Source: the human T2T-CHM13v2.0 reference genome, Homo sapiens. From it: a stretch of DNA of 64,000 nt. How positions within the stretch are numbered: the stretch's first letter is position 1; every line of letters starts with the position of its first letter. The stretch lies in assembly GCF_009914755.1 (NCBI RefSeq), contig NC_060948.1. One strand, 5' to 3'. The translations under genes were made by a program, and so were the position numbers. This document shows, in pieces, positions 40,934 through 54,551 of the stretch. Below the pieces are notes generated by a model. That model was not told the DNA's origin, did no database searches, and was given only the letters and a program-made list of their open reading frames with translations.

Positions 40934-41377
40934 CAAGTGATTCTTTTATGTGTGTCTGTCCCAGTGTGTCCTTTTCTGCCTTGGTCCCTGGGTACTTTTG
41001 CCTTTATCCTCCAGGGTTTAGTCTCAGCGTACCCAGGTGTCCTGAGCCTGTGGGTTAGAGCGCTCACCCTGTGCTTTTAGGTACTTGGCTGTTTGCAGCG
41101 GATGAGGAGCCCCTGGCCAGGATTTTGCCTGTGTTGTGTGGCTTCTGCTGCTCAGCATTTGCCTCTCATTTCCCTTGCACATGTGTGTCTGCCTGTATGT
41201 GCATTTTGGTCACCCGTCTTTCACCTGAGTCAGCCCTTATCCTGCTTGAGCTCCACAATAGCTGAGGCTTCACTTCTTGTGTTTATCCCTCCCTCCACCT
41301 CCACTCACCGGCAGGAGAGCAATGCCTTGTAATGGGTGTAGACATGGGAAGGAACTGTTAGATTAAAGTGCATAGGA

Positions 41378-41491
41378 GACCTGGCATGGTAACACATGCC
41401 TGTAATCCCAGCACTTTGGGAGGCTGAGGCCAGAGGGTTGTTTGAGCCTGGGAGTTCAAGATCACCTTGGGCAACCCCATCTCTGTAAAAA

Positions 41492-41531
<40 letters not shown>

Positions 41532-41858
41532 ACACACACACAGACACACACACAAAAAGCTGGGTGTGGTGGTGCCTGCCTCTCATCCCAGCTACCTACT
41601 TTGGAGGCCAAGGTGGGGATTGCTTGAGCCCAGGAGTTCAAGACCAGCTTCAGCAACCCATCTCCATCAAAAGAGAAAAAAAAAGTAGCTGGGTGTGGTA
41701 GGGCCTGTCTTTAGTCCAAGCTAGAGGTTGAGGCAGGAGGATCACTTGAGTTCAGCAGGTCAAGGCTGCAGTGAGCTAGAATCGGGCCACTGAACTCAAA
41801 CCTGGGCAACCGCGAGAGCTTGCCTCAAAAGTTAAAAAAAAAGAAAAAGAAAAAAAAA
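41378..41858 (+). mobile_element. Composite three-arm AluJ-like element with (CA)n at 41494-41554
   Basis: Left arm, (CA)n, second left-arm-like segment, right arm, A tail. Confidence 0.75.
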
Positions 41859-42148
41859 GGAAGAGTGCGTACGAAAGTAATTTTCAAAGCCCAGCTTTTA
41901 AAATAACTGGTTTTATTTGCTGTGTTTTATGGTATATGAATTCTTCACTTGCTTTCCTTCCTAGCAGGGAAGGTTTTCTTCTTAACAAAGTATGGATGAG
42001 AGTAGCTGGTGATGTGTGGTACAGGGCTGTGGTTTTACATAAATGAAAAAGGCAAAGTGAGAAAAAGAGGAAACTAGACGGCTGGTTGGGCTGTGCTCTT
42101 TGATGTCAGGCTGAGGCCTAAGACCTTCTGCAGCGACGGTGGCGCGCT

Positions 42149-42165
42149 GCTGCCCCCTGCTGGAA
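42149..42165 (-). promoter_or_regulatory. Candidate CTCF site
   Basis: - strand TTCCAGCAGGGGGCAGC matches the CTCF core motif; local CpG cluster. Confidence 0.65.
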
Positions 42166-42227
42166 GGCGACCTCATCTACTCACAGGTCCTGATATATTT
42201 TTCAAGAGACTCTCCGCTCTGTTTCAG

Positions 42228-42302
42228 AACGAGGTCAATGCCATCAAATGGGATCCTTCTGGAATGTTGCTGGCGTCCTGCTCGGATGACATGACATTGA
42301 AG
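42228..42302 (+). CDS. TBL1Y: TBL1Y coding exon (about aa 360-384)
   Basis: tttcag|AAC...AAG|gtagag; 75 nt; [25 protein letters not shown]. Confidence 0.96.
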
Positions 42303-42619
42303 GTAGAGTCAGCATGGCAAGGGGTGGGCTGTTTAATCTCAGACAGCCTTGGGCACTTGACGTCAGTCTCACAGTCACACTTGCATGAGGATTATTTGTT
42401 ACTGACCACGTTCCCTTCCTCTGTCATCCGGTGAACTCCAATTTCTCAGTCAGCGTCCTACTGAGAATCCCAGCCTCCCCGCATCCTTTCTCACCACTGC
42501 ACACCCCATATCCCGCCGTGGGCCATTAGCCTCACTTATGCACCCCGGAGGAATGATGCCACATCATTCCCGGGTGCAGGAATGGCTTTTGCTCATGTTG
42601 TGGCCGGTGTGTCCTTTAG

Positions 42620-42747
42620 ATCTGGAGTATGAAGCAGGATGCATGCGTCCACGATCTTCAGGCTCACAGCAAAGAGATCTACACCATCAAGTGGAGCCCC
42701 ACCGGGCCTGCCACCAGCAACCCAAACTCCAGCATCATGTTGGCAAG
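42620..42747 (+). CDS. TBL1Y: TBL1Y coding exon (about aa 385-427)
   Basis: ctttag|ATC...GCA AG|gtaagg; 128 nt; [43 protein letters not shown]. Confidence 0.96.
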
Positions 42748-42867
42748 GTAAGGGCCGGCAGCACAACTGGTACAGCTCCGCCCTACACAACGATAACAAG
42801 AAATTTTGCTCAAGTGTGTCTGTGCACCTGTGTTGAAGCCCTTCAGAGGAAACAAAGTGGTAGCTCA

Positions 42868-43210
<343 letters not shown>

Positions 43211-43227
43211 TTCCTGTTGCTTGAAGA

Positions 43228-43524
43228 ATATATATATATCTTTTATATATATATCTTATATATTTTATATATATGTCTTATATATATCTTATATATTTTA
43301 TATATATCTTATATATTATATATCATATATTTTATATATATCATATATTATATTTTTTATATATCATATATTTTATATATCATATATATTTTATATATGA
43401 TATATATCTTATATTTTTTATATAGCTTATATTTTTTATATATTTTATATACATATCTTATGTATATTTTATATATGTATGTTATATATTTTTTATGTAT
43501 ATTATATATATATAATATATATAT
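43228..43524. repeat. (TA)-rich low-complexity expansion
   Basis: About 300 bp of almost pure A/T built from tatatattt/tatatatct subunits. Confidence 0.95.
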
Positions 43525-43596
43525 GTAAAGAAAAACAGGGTCTCACCATGTTGCCCAGCCTGGTCTTCAACTCCTGGCTTTCTCCCATCCTCCTAG

Positions 43597-43762
43597 TGCT
43601 TCATTTGATTCTACAGTGCGACTGTGGGATGTGGAGCAAGGTGTCTGCACCCACACACTCATGAAGCATCAAGAGCCTGTCTACAGTGTAGCTTTCAGCC
43701 CCGATGGAAAGTACTTGGCTAGTGGATCCTTTGACAAGTATGTTCATATCTGGAATACTCAG
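43597..43762 (+). CDS. TBL1Y: TBL1Y coding exon (about aa 427-482)
   Basis: tcctag|T GCT...CAG|gtaagc; 166 nt; [55 protein letters not shown]. Confidence 0.96.
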
Positions 43763-45319
43763 GTAAGCTCCTGACCCATACGAATCCTTTTAGTAAGGGA
43801 TGCCTGAACAGCCACTATTCCAGTGTCTCTGGTTCAAAGCAGTGCCCTTGAGGGAGTAGAGCAAGCCCAGGCTTCCCGGACAGACCCAGTAGATGCTGTC
43901 CATCTTGCACCCCATGTGGGTTGTGAGCTCTTCCCTCACCAGACACCTCCAGCAGCTCTTCTCCCTAAGGAAGGGCATCGTGTCTGCTGTCCTCAGGGCT
44001 CTTGGCCATTTGATTCCAAACCCTCACCTTGGCACATGTTCTTCCTTGAAGGAGCCACTGTCTTCTGTTCACTTTCTGAGCTCATGGCACGATACCTTCC
44101 ACCTTCCTCTTCCTCTTCTTAGCACTTATCACCAAAATGCTGCTTTCTAGATATTGAGGTTGGAGGGTGGGAGTGGGGGAGCAGCTAACAGGGGTGAGGC
44201 CAACTCAACATCCTCCACGCACACCAGCTCCTGCAGCTCCACCATAGAGAAGATCCGGGAGTAGGAAGGAATGTGTGTTTGCTGTTGTCATGCCACTTAG
44301 ATTTTTCAAATGAAAGTTTCTGTTTGAGTAAGTAAGGTGTGTATGTTGGGTTGTCCTTTTGCCATGGACTGAAAGGACATAGGATTTGAGTGAAGGTGGC
44401 TGGCTGCTGTGGGTATCTTGGGCCACACCTGAGGGTAGGAGAATCCCACTAAAAAGAGTAGAAAAAGGGATGGGAACGAGTACTGCACTGCATGAAGGAT
44501 TGTATAGGGCAGTTTGGAAAGGACTGTACAACACTTCATTTTATTCTGAGAGAGAAGTGATGATGCTCTAGGAGCTATTGAAAATAACCAAGGGGTCCCT
44601 TTAATCTTAGGAGGGATCACATGGCCCCTCCCCCATTCATCTGCATTTTCATTTTGGGTGTTTTTGGCTTGGTTGACATTCAGGTGCATTTACATCCTCA
44701 AGTTCATTCCCCCTGTGTACTCATGGGTGATGAGCAATGTTCACTGGCAAGGGGTCCACTGAGATCACAGGCTTCCCAGGGACCTCATGTGAACCACATC
44801 CTCTCAGGGAAGGAAGGGAAGTGGTGGACCCTGCGTAGAGCCAACCCAATGCCAAGCCCAGCCCCACAGCCCTAGGTAGCCCTCCGGGAAGCATGCATCT
44901 CGGGACTAGTGTGCAAGAGTCTCTGTTCATGGAATCCTTGCTAGAAATAGTAATGGGTGGATTTGTGAAAATATGTCAATCATCAAAAAAAAATGATACA
45001 ATCAGTTAGGAGGAGCTTATCATCAAGAACTCACTGAATCATTTCAGCTGTTTCTTGTAAATCAAGGAAATGCTTAGCGTTTCTCTTAAAAGAAATCTTA
45101 AAGCCCACTTTAATGTTCTGTAAGTATAAAAATATCTATCTATAATACTGTTGGTGTGCACCTGTCTTAGTTCAAGACACTACCTTTAAAGAGCCCAGTT
45201 GAGAACAGGTTTTGAGACAGCCCTCCTGGTCTTGGTCTTTAGATTTATCCTGCCTGTCACCATTAGTGAATCATGAGTGAAGGCTTATATGACCCTTTCT
45301 TCTTTTTTATAAAAACTTT

Positions 45320-46289
<970 letters not shown>

Positions 46290-46418
46290 TTAAATTTCAC
46301 CATGCTTGAAAATGTTCATGATCAAATATTAGGGGCAGGAGAAGTGCACATTCCACACCTGCATCTGTTGCAGGTGCCCTTCTCACTATAAGTAATAGTT
46401 AGTTACCTTGCCTTGCAG

Positions 46419-46520
46419 AGTGGAAGTCTCGTCCACAGCTACCAAGGCACTGGCGGTATCTTCGAGGTGTGCTGGAACGCCCGAGGAGATAAAGTGGGCG
46501 CCAGCGCGTCTGATGGCTCT
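46419..46520 (+). CDS. TBL1Y: TBL1Y coding exon (about aa 483-516)
   Basis: ttgcag|AGT...TCT|gtaagc; 102 nt; [34 protein letters not shown]. Confidence 0.96.
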
Positions 46521-46765
46521 GTAAGCAACACCTCTGGTTTACCAGGGAACAGGGTGTTGGGGGAGGGGGATAAGTGAAATCAGGCAGCTGATGCCTAAGT
46601 GAAGTCAGGCAGCTGATGCCTAAGTGAGGGGCATGTGTGTTGCTCATGTCCTGAAGGGTCTAGCCCAGTGCTGAGGGAAGCTTTTAGGATGGATCCCATC
46701 TGGGAATGGCCTTCTCCTTGTCCCTTCCAGAATGTCCTTCTAATTAACATTTTCTCAGTTAAATT

Positions 46766-47296
46766 GGTGGTTCTCAACCAAGGTGATTCTGCACCTCTGA
46801 GGACATTAGACAATATGTGGAGGAATTTTAAGTTGTCACTGTAGTCATGTGTTGTGTAATGATGGGAGTGTGTTTTGAGAAATGCATCGTTAGGTGCTTT
46901 TATCTTTGTCTGAACATCATGGAGTAAACTGACTCAATCCTAAATGATAAGACCTATACACACCTAGGTTGTACAGTAAAGCCTATTGCTCCCAGGCTAC
47001 ATACCTGAACAGCAGGTGACTGTACTGAATACTATAGGCAACTGTAATGCAATGATAAGCATTTGTGCATCTAGACCTATCTAAACAGAAAACATTCAGC
47101 AGAAATATGATATAATAATCTTATGGGACTACCGTGTTCTGTGAGGTATGTTGATGGAATGGTCATTATGTGGTACATGACTGCTTAGTTGGGGATGCCA
47201 CTGGCATCCTGTGGGCAGAGCTCAGTGATGCTACTAAAACTCCTACCATGAACAGGGCAGTCCCAGTTTTCATCCATGCTGAGGCTGAGAAGTCTG
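46766..47296. mobile_element. MER20 interrupted by Tigger3/MER7 (about 46842-47183)
   Basis: MER20 start gtggttctcaacc; Tigger3 TIR-like agtcatg...catgactg. Confidence 0.75.
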
Positions 47297-47801
47297 GGCC
47301 TCTGGTGGCCATCCAGCAGGTCTCCTGGGCACTCTTCTTCTCCCATGGGGCATCTGGATTTTTTATTTGCCCCTGGACTTGAGATTGCCTTTACCTCTGA
47401 GGCAACAGCAGTCTGGCTGACTGTCCAGGCATCAGTGTAGCCCCCAAATATCGTCAGAGATCATGTATTTGGGCTTGTGTTGCCATCTGCCCCACAGTTG
47501 CAGGTGTCTGTTTTGGGACCCCTGCCAATTGTCTCTCCCACTGTGTTAATTCCTAGAATTGTTCTTAACCTGGCCTTTCTGCTATGTGCTGTTTGCTTTG
47601 GTTTGATTGGTCCAATGTCCATATGCCAGTCTGTTATGAGAGCTTCTCTGATCCTTCATAACGATGTTCCAATGAAACTTTACTCACAAAAATTGGTGGA
47701 GACCTAGACTGGGCATGAGGGCCGTAGTTTGCTGACCTCTCACTCTAAAGGCATCTTTGGGTTATTTCTGAAGATGACAAGTACTTTGTCTTTCCTTCCA
47801 G

Positions 47802-47822
47802 GTGTGTGTTCTGGATCTGTGA
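47802..47822 (+). CDS. TBL1Y: TBL1Y terminal coding exon (VCVLDL*)
   Basis: ttccag|GTG TGT GTT CTG GAT CTG TGA; 454 aa in the window plus 68 upstream residues gives the recalled 522-aa length. Confidence 0.95.
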   Translation: MCVLDL

Positions 47823-48018
47823 AAGTAAACACAAAATATAGAAAAAAAGAAAAGAATTCTAATGACCTGCCTTGAATGCATGGGGTTGCAGCTCTGTTCA
47901 AACACAATTCTATCAGCTCCAAAATGTGTGAACTTGACTTGTGTTAGAGTATATTCTGAAACCAACTTGTCCCAGGCCACAGGAGTGTATATGTTTCATA
48001 ATCTTTATCAAGAAGTTT

Positions 48019-48313
<295 letters not shown>

Positions 48314-51300
48314 TCAAGAAGTTTTAAAAAGCAAACAAAAACAGAAGCAAATGAACAGTCCTATTAAAGGGGGAGAGAATGGTTTCCACCGAGGACATTT
48401 AGCCCAGGAAGCAGCAAGTCAGCAGCTCGAGGTGACGGAAGAGGCTCTGTGATGGCTGGTCAGAAAGAAATTTTAAAAGTTGTGCCAAAAAAAGAGAAGC
48501 AAATGCTTCTGATCAAACAGGGAATTAAAAAAAAAAAAAAACACCAGCCCTCTTCCTTGGGGTGTTTTCTGGTTTGTTTTCCTTAACAATCTGGACAGCA
48601 CCATTGCTCTCACAAAGGATGTGCAAAGACCAGTTTGTATACCAATAAGATGTGCGAGTTTGTAATCCCAACACTTTCCATTTTCCAGCATCTTCTTTGT
48701 TGGCTGGTTTTTCTATCAGTTGGAATTCTGTCATCTGGGGCCTTCTTATATCTGAGATGGAAACTGTTTTGCATTTCCTGTCTTTTTCCTCTGTTGCTCC
48801 CTGCCCCCCTTCCACCTTTCGATGAGGTCTGGTTTTTCAGTGCACCCTCAAGAGATGCAGCCACATGGACGTGAAGACAAAATCTCCAATGGACAGCTTT
48901 CCCCCTTCTCCCCTCTCCCATCCTACCCTTCCCTTGCTCTCTCACGCTCTCTCTCTCTCCCCCTTCCTCTCTCCCCCTTCCCTCCTTCCCTCTGTACCTT
49001 TGTCATGGTTGCTTCAGATCTTAGGTGTCAAGGACACACTGGTGCATAATAAGTGCTTTATGTAGAAGGTAGGACAGGGGACTTTTTAACAGAAGAAAAA
49101 TAATGCCTTATAAGAGAAAAGAGCCTGGAATACTTATAGGAAAAAAAAATTCATGTTAAAGCGATTTTAAAATCCTAAAATGGCCATCAGACAGAAAGAG
49201 CTTTGTTTGATTTATGTTTTAAAAAGAACTGAAGAAGCCACAGTTGGGGCTTGAAGGATTCCCTGGCTTTCCCCTCAGTCTCAGGAAAGGTGGTCAGAAA
49301 ACTCCAGGTGGACAAGGGTTACCCCTAGGGGTCAGCAGTGAGATTGCTCTGTAGCCAGTGAGGGAGGTCCCAGCCATGCCAGTTGGAAGAAGAACCTTGC
49401 ATCCTTCAGTGTGTGCATACTTTGGCAGCTGTCAGGAAAGCAGTGAAGGACCACATGCTCTCTAGCCTCAAGGGAGTGTTGGCAGAACAAAAAGGTACTG
49501 CCGAAGCCCTAGAAACTGACAGCTTGGCTGGATTTGGCCTGTTGGCTACATCTTTGCCACAGCCATGTTATGAGTGATGGTCATTTCTCCAAGAGCTGGC
49601 CTGGCTAGTAATTGCAGAGGCTCCTGCATGTCACTTGGTCTAACGATGACAAAAATGAATGTGGAAGGAAGATTTTAGTCCTGGAAGGGAAATATTGACT
49701 TAGAATGACACTAACACTTTCTGCCGTCTTTATAATTTCTTTCTCTCATCAAGATTAGGACAAATATATATATATATACACACATATATTTTTAATGAAT
49801 CTTCGTACTTTTTTTTAAAGAAAATTAAAAATGGTGTTCCTTGAAGGGCTTCATTTCATTGTATCAGGTGACATTTGTCCTCTTATTGTCATAACCCAAC
49901 ACTGACTTATTTTTTTAATTAGCAAGGGCGAAAAGGTATCAAAGACAAAGGCCTCTTCTCCCATTTGTTTTTCCTGTGGGCAGAAGAAGGGCTGAGGAAG
50001 TTGGCCTGGCCTGTGGGGGCTGCTTCTTCACTGGCAGTGTTGCAGTCTGCTGCGTGTGTTCCAGGAGTGAGACAGGGTGTTATTGTGAGGGTGGTGTCCA
50101 TCTGCAGAGCCAAAAATCAGACATCAGGGAAGGGCCAGGGCTTCCTATGGAACTTGGAATTCACCACAACCCCTACAAAAGCCAGAGTCTGTTGATCATT
50201 CTAGATCATTGATTGGCCTTTGCTTGGATATGTGAATTATTCAAGCCTCAGAAGACCAAAATATCTGCTTCCAAGGTGAGTATCTTATTTGGGCTGTATT
50301 TCCAAAACAGTTAGCAAAGCAGGCCACAGTGATGTAGTGGTTTCACAACACCCATCTTTGAAGGAGCTGGTATCCACAGATGAGGTGATGATTTCCCCTC
50401 CCGGGGACTCATTGGGGTTAGGGTATGGTTTGTCAAGGACCAAATGACACTGTCTTTATGCCTCCCAAATAAAAATACATCCATCTCTGCAGAGCATCAG
50501 CTGTCAGAGGTCAGCCTGTCATCAGGACATGACTTAGGCTTGACAAACCAGAAACAACTGTGCAATAGTAATGGTGGGATGTGTTGCAAGCGATTCACTA
50601 GACAATCTTCACATGAAGGTCAGTAGCCAGGGTCTCTTCCAAGGATTGGCTTTAGTCTGGATGAATTGCTAGGTAGAAGCCTGGTTTGGGAGGCCTTGGA
50701 CCCCAGGCTCCATCACTGGCTTCTCTAGCCTGAGGCCAGAGAGGTCCTTCCTGTGGCTGCATGCAGGACCAAGCATGAGAATGCAGCTAGCATCCGCCAC
50801 ATCTACCCCAGTTCTCATCAGAACAACACCATGGACAGCTGTTTCCATAGCCTCCAGTGTTTGCACATCACTCCTCACCCTGTGTGCTGCTGGAATGTTA
50901 GTAGAGCCATCCCTGTAACCAAGGAATGGCCTGAGCGGAATGCTATTGTTCAATGTTGTTTACAGCTCTTAAAACACAGTGAGGAATGCCTAAGTCATAG
51001 AGACCAAATTTGACCTTGAAGGCAGACATGACACACCTTGTCCAAGGGGGACCAAAAGGGTAGGACATTACAGGCTGAAACCCTCTGACCCCTCATGACA
51101 ATGTAGGACGTGACTTTTGTCTTCTTAAGAAATAGGTCATGGAGCCAAGTGAAGTGCACTTTGTCAAATGTAAGGGTCCGCTTGTTACTCATTTTCTGTT
51201 TGTTAACCTTTTTTTCCATCATTTAACAAAAACCAATCTTACATTTCTTGTCAAATGCAGAAATGTTTATTCTGGCAATCAGTGAAGTTTTGCATTGTGT

Positions 51301-51480
51301 GTCAGATATATAGCCGGACATGTTCTCTGTCCCCATTTTTCAGATTCTGTTCAGATGACATCAACCCATTTCATTCCCCCCACCACCTCACCCTTACACC
51401 CTTTGGGAAAAGAAAATCACCTTGTGTGCTGTAGCTCATTTGTTTCAAGACAGAATCAACAGATCATATTTGGCATCATG

Positions 51481-51486
51481 AATAAA
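51481..51486 (+). terminator. Polyadenylation signal AATAAA (distal, TBL1Y)
   Basis: First + strand AATAAA I found after the stop codon; downstream ttggtgggtgtgctttc element. Confidence 0.55.
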
Positions 51487-52174
51487 TTGCTCTATTTTGA
51501 TACTGAAGAACTTGGTGGGTGTGCTTTCTTCCTCTCCCTCTGGAGCTCTTAGGCCCATGTTGACACCAGTGAATGAAGACAGAGTTCTGTATTTTCTCCA
51601 GAAGGAAATACTTTGCATACCTCTATCCAGGATTGCTGTGTGAGATAGAGAGCAGGGGGCGGAATGCAGTGATGTGGTGTTGACAGCAGCCTCTGGCTGA
51701 AAGGTAGGCTTTTTAGTGTGTTTCCTTTTCACTATTTTATTTAGGCTACCTATTGGGAAAAGTTAAAGCAAATGAATGTTCTCTCAGCGGGATGGTTGGT
51801 TGGGTTCCCAAATTAGCCATGAGTAATTTGAAGAACCTAAAGTTACAGGATGGGGCAACTTACGGCATGGACTTCTGCACAGTGCAGACCAATATGTGGC
51901 AAACATTTACTGACATTTGCTCTGTGCATGTTTCTGTTTATGCCAGTTTAATAGGTGGCTGTTATATAATGTAATTAATTAATGGATATTGATTGCCATC
52001 TGCATTCTATGAAGGAGGCAGTAGATTCTAGGAGGTGAAGACATGGCTTACTCTAAGGTTTCACTGTGCAGGTGAGTCAGTCAGTCATTTCCCTCTAATC
52101 TTGCTTGTTCCACACAAGGACAAAGCAAATGGCTGGGGGTGCAGAGGCTTTTATGGGTGGTTCCCTGGGAAAGA

Positions 52175-52462
52175 TCTGAGAACCCGCATATCTGAGACAG
52201 GCCTCAGTCTCAGTTAATTCAGAAAGTTTATTTTGCCAAGGTTGAGGATGCATGCCTGTGGCAGCCTCAGGAGGTCCTGATGACATTTGTCCAAGGTCAT
52301 CAGAGCACACTTTGGTTTTATACATTCTAGGGAGACATGAGACATCAACCAACATGTGTAAGATGAACAGTGGTTCAGTCCAGAAAAGGTGGGACAACTT
52401 GAAGCACAGGTGAAGCAGGGAGGGGGCTTCCAGGTCATAGGTAGCTAAGAAACAAATAGTTT
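52175..52462 (-). mobile_element. MER41-like LTR fragment
   Basis: agaaagtttattttgccaaggttgagga...gggagacatgagacatcaa. Confidence 0.75.
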
Positions 52463-52827
52463 GCTTAACAAACACTCTTTCCAGTCTGGGTTCTTTGTCT
52501 CTGGAGTGTCTCATCCAAGGCATGTTAAGCAAAGCAAGAAGAGGTTATCATTCCCTTCCGGAGAACAGAGAGAGGGAACAGCAGGGACAGAAATGAAGGA
52601 TATTCATAAGAGCAACCTTCAGGTAGAATGTGAGGTGAATTCTCTGTAGAACGGGGCTTTTGTTAGGAATAGTTACATCCTCATGAAAAAGATACTTATT
52701 TAGAGACACTCTGCAGGAAGTAAACAGGTGGGAGTATGCTCTCTTCTGTAACAATATCTGCACATGATGATGATGATAGTCTCACTTTGAAATGGGGTGA
52801 AATGAGTAGACTATAAGAAAGTTTTTT

Positions 52828-53035
52828 AGCCTAGGCAACATAGTGAGACCACATATCTACAAAAAAAATTACTCAGGCATGGTGTCGAGTGCCTGTGATC
52901 TCAGCAGGTTGGGAGGCTGAGGTGAGAGGATCATTAAGCCCAGGAGGTTGAGGCTGCCTGCAGTGACCCATGACAAGACCACCACTTTCCTTAATCCTAA
53001 GTGACAGAGTGAGATCCTGCCAAACAAAGCAAAAC
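52828..53035 (+). mobile_element. 5'-truncated AluJ
   Basis: Partial left arm plus right arm. Confidence 0.75.
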
Positions 53036-54551
53036 ACTTTTTTTATGTTGAGGCAGATAAACTAGGCAGTAAACTAAAATCAAATACAATCCCTCTGATG
53101 GAACAGTCATCTTCACTCCAAGCTACACCTCTGTTGTCACCTCCTTCTCACAGGCCAACCTACACTTCTTGCTGTACATTCCAGTTCCCTCATACCTCTT
53201 CAAGAACTTTCCTGCAATCATCACCATTACTTTCTCTCCACTCCGTCATTCCTGTAGCACCCCCAAGGTACTCGAGCACCTGCCATCTTCAAAACGTGAC
53301 TTGAGCACTTGCCATCTTCAAAACAGTAATAACAAAACAAGCCAAATTCTCTGCAGCAAACAGTCTTACAGGGAAGTCACTCAGAACCAAGACTGGCCAG
53401 CTTCTCATCTTTTCATGTGTTTGCCCAATTGTCTCCTCATTTCCTGTGTTGCCCTAATACACATCCTGATGATCATTTTTCCATCCCCAGTACGTAGGCT
53501 TGGCCCAGTTCCTGTCAAGTCACCTTGACAAGGCATCCAGTCACCCTCTCACTTAGCTGTGCTCTTCAGGTCAAAGCCACATGCATGAGTATCAGCTGGT
53601 GATGCTTGGTGTCTCAACTGGGAGTCATCATCTTGGCTGAATAATCGGTTCTCAGCATTCTTGTTGGAGAGCTTCAAAATCCGACTCTGGCTAATGTAAG
53701 CCCAAAGGAATAAATGGGCCTGATACTGGCAAGCTTTGAGAAATTGGAGAATGAGGCTCAGAGGGCACACAGACAAGAACTGCCAAAAGCAGGCTGCAAC
53801 ACTGGGCTCATGAAGATCATCGATATGGCAGTGGGTGTTGCCCACACCCTGAAGGCTGGACTGGCTCTGGAGGCACACTCAACGCTGCCTCCCAGAGTGG
53901 GCTTGCCTGCTGCCGTGGCCTCTCCAGAAGTGCTTTTCTGCAGCTCATTCCCTTGGACGTGAGCTGGTAACTTGAGAGAGGTGCCTAATTGGCTCTGCCA
54001 GGTCACATGCCTTGCTCTAGCTGCAAGGGAGGCTATAAAAGCCTCTTTGCTTTTGAACTGGGGGGTAGGGCTGTGCCTCATCAGGTAGGAAGATATCCCC
54101 AAATAGAGGAAGGCCTTCTGATGTTGGGAGCTCAGGGGAGTGGAGACAGAATGCCCCTACTGAGATGAAGAATGCACATTTCCCTAGAAAATCTAAAATG
54201 TGTTCACATTTCCTTGATACTTTTGGTCAAGGTGTGTGAAGTCTAGCCCAGGCTGACCCTTAGGAGGGTGAAGAAACAGTTATGGAGAGAGTTGGGGCAG
54301 CCCTGGGCAGGCACTACCTTATAGTGTGCTCAGAATCCATCTGCAACCCTGTGACTCCAGAAGTACACATGAAGAACCTTCCTGCGCTCGATATTCCTGA
54401 TACAAAGGGAGGTGTCACATGGCAGAGCTGTCTGCAGTATCCTGAGAAAATATTCTGTCTTGCTTTTCTGTATACCTACTGGTGGTTTATAATCCCCATG
54501 CATATTGCAACATTTTTGTAAAATGTAAAACAATAATACTATACATACACA

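Noticed and set aside
48897-48992. Polypyrimidine tract (H-DNA candidate)
   Set aside because: Imperfect low-complexity tract with no specific evidence of function
51156-51162. miR-17-family seed match GCACTTT in the putative UTR
   Set aside because: A single 7-mer in 3.7 kb can occur by chance; no conservation data available
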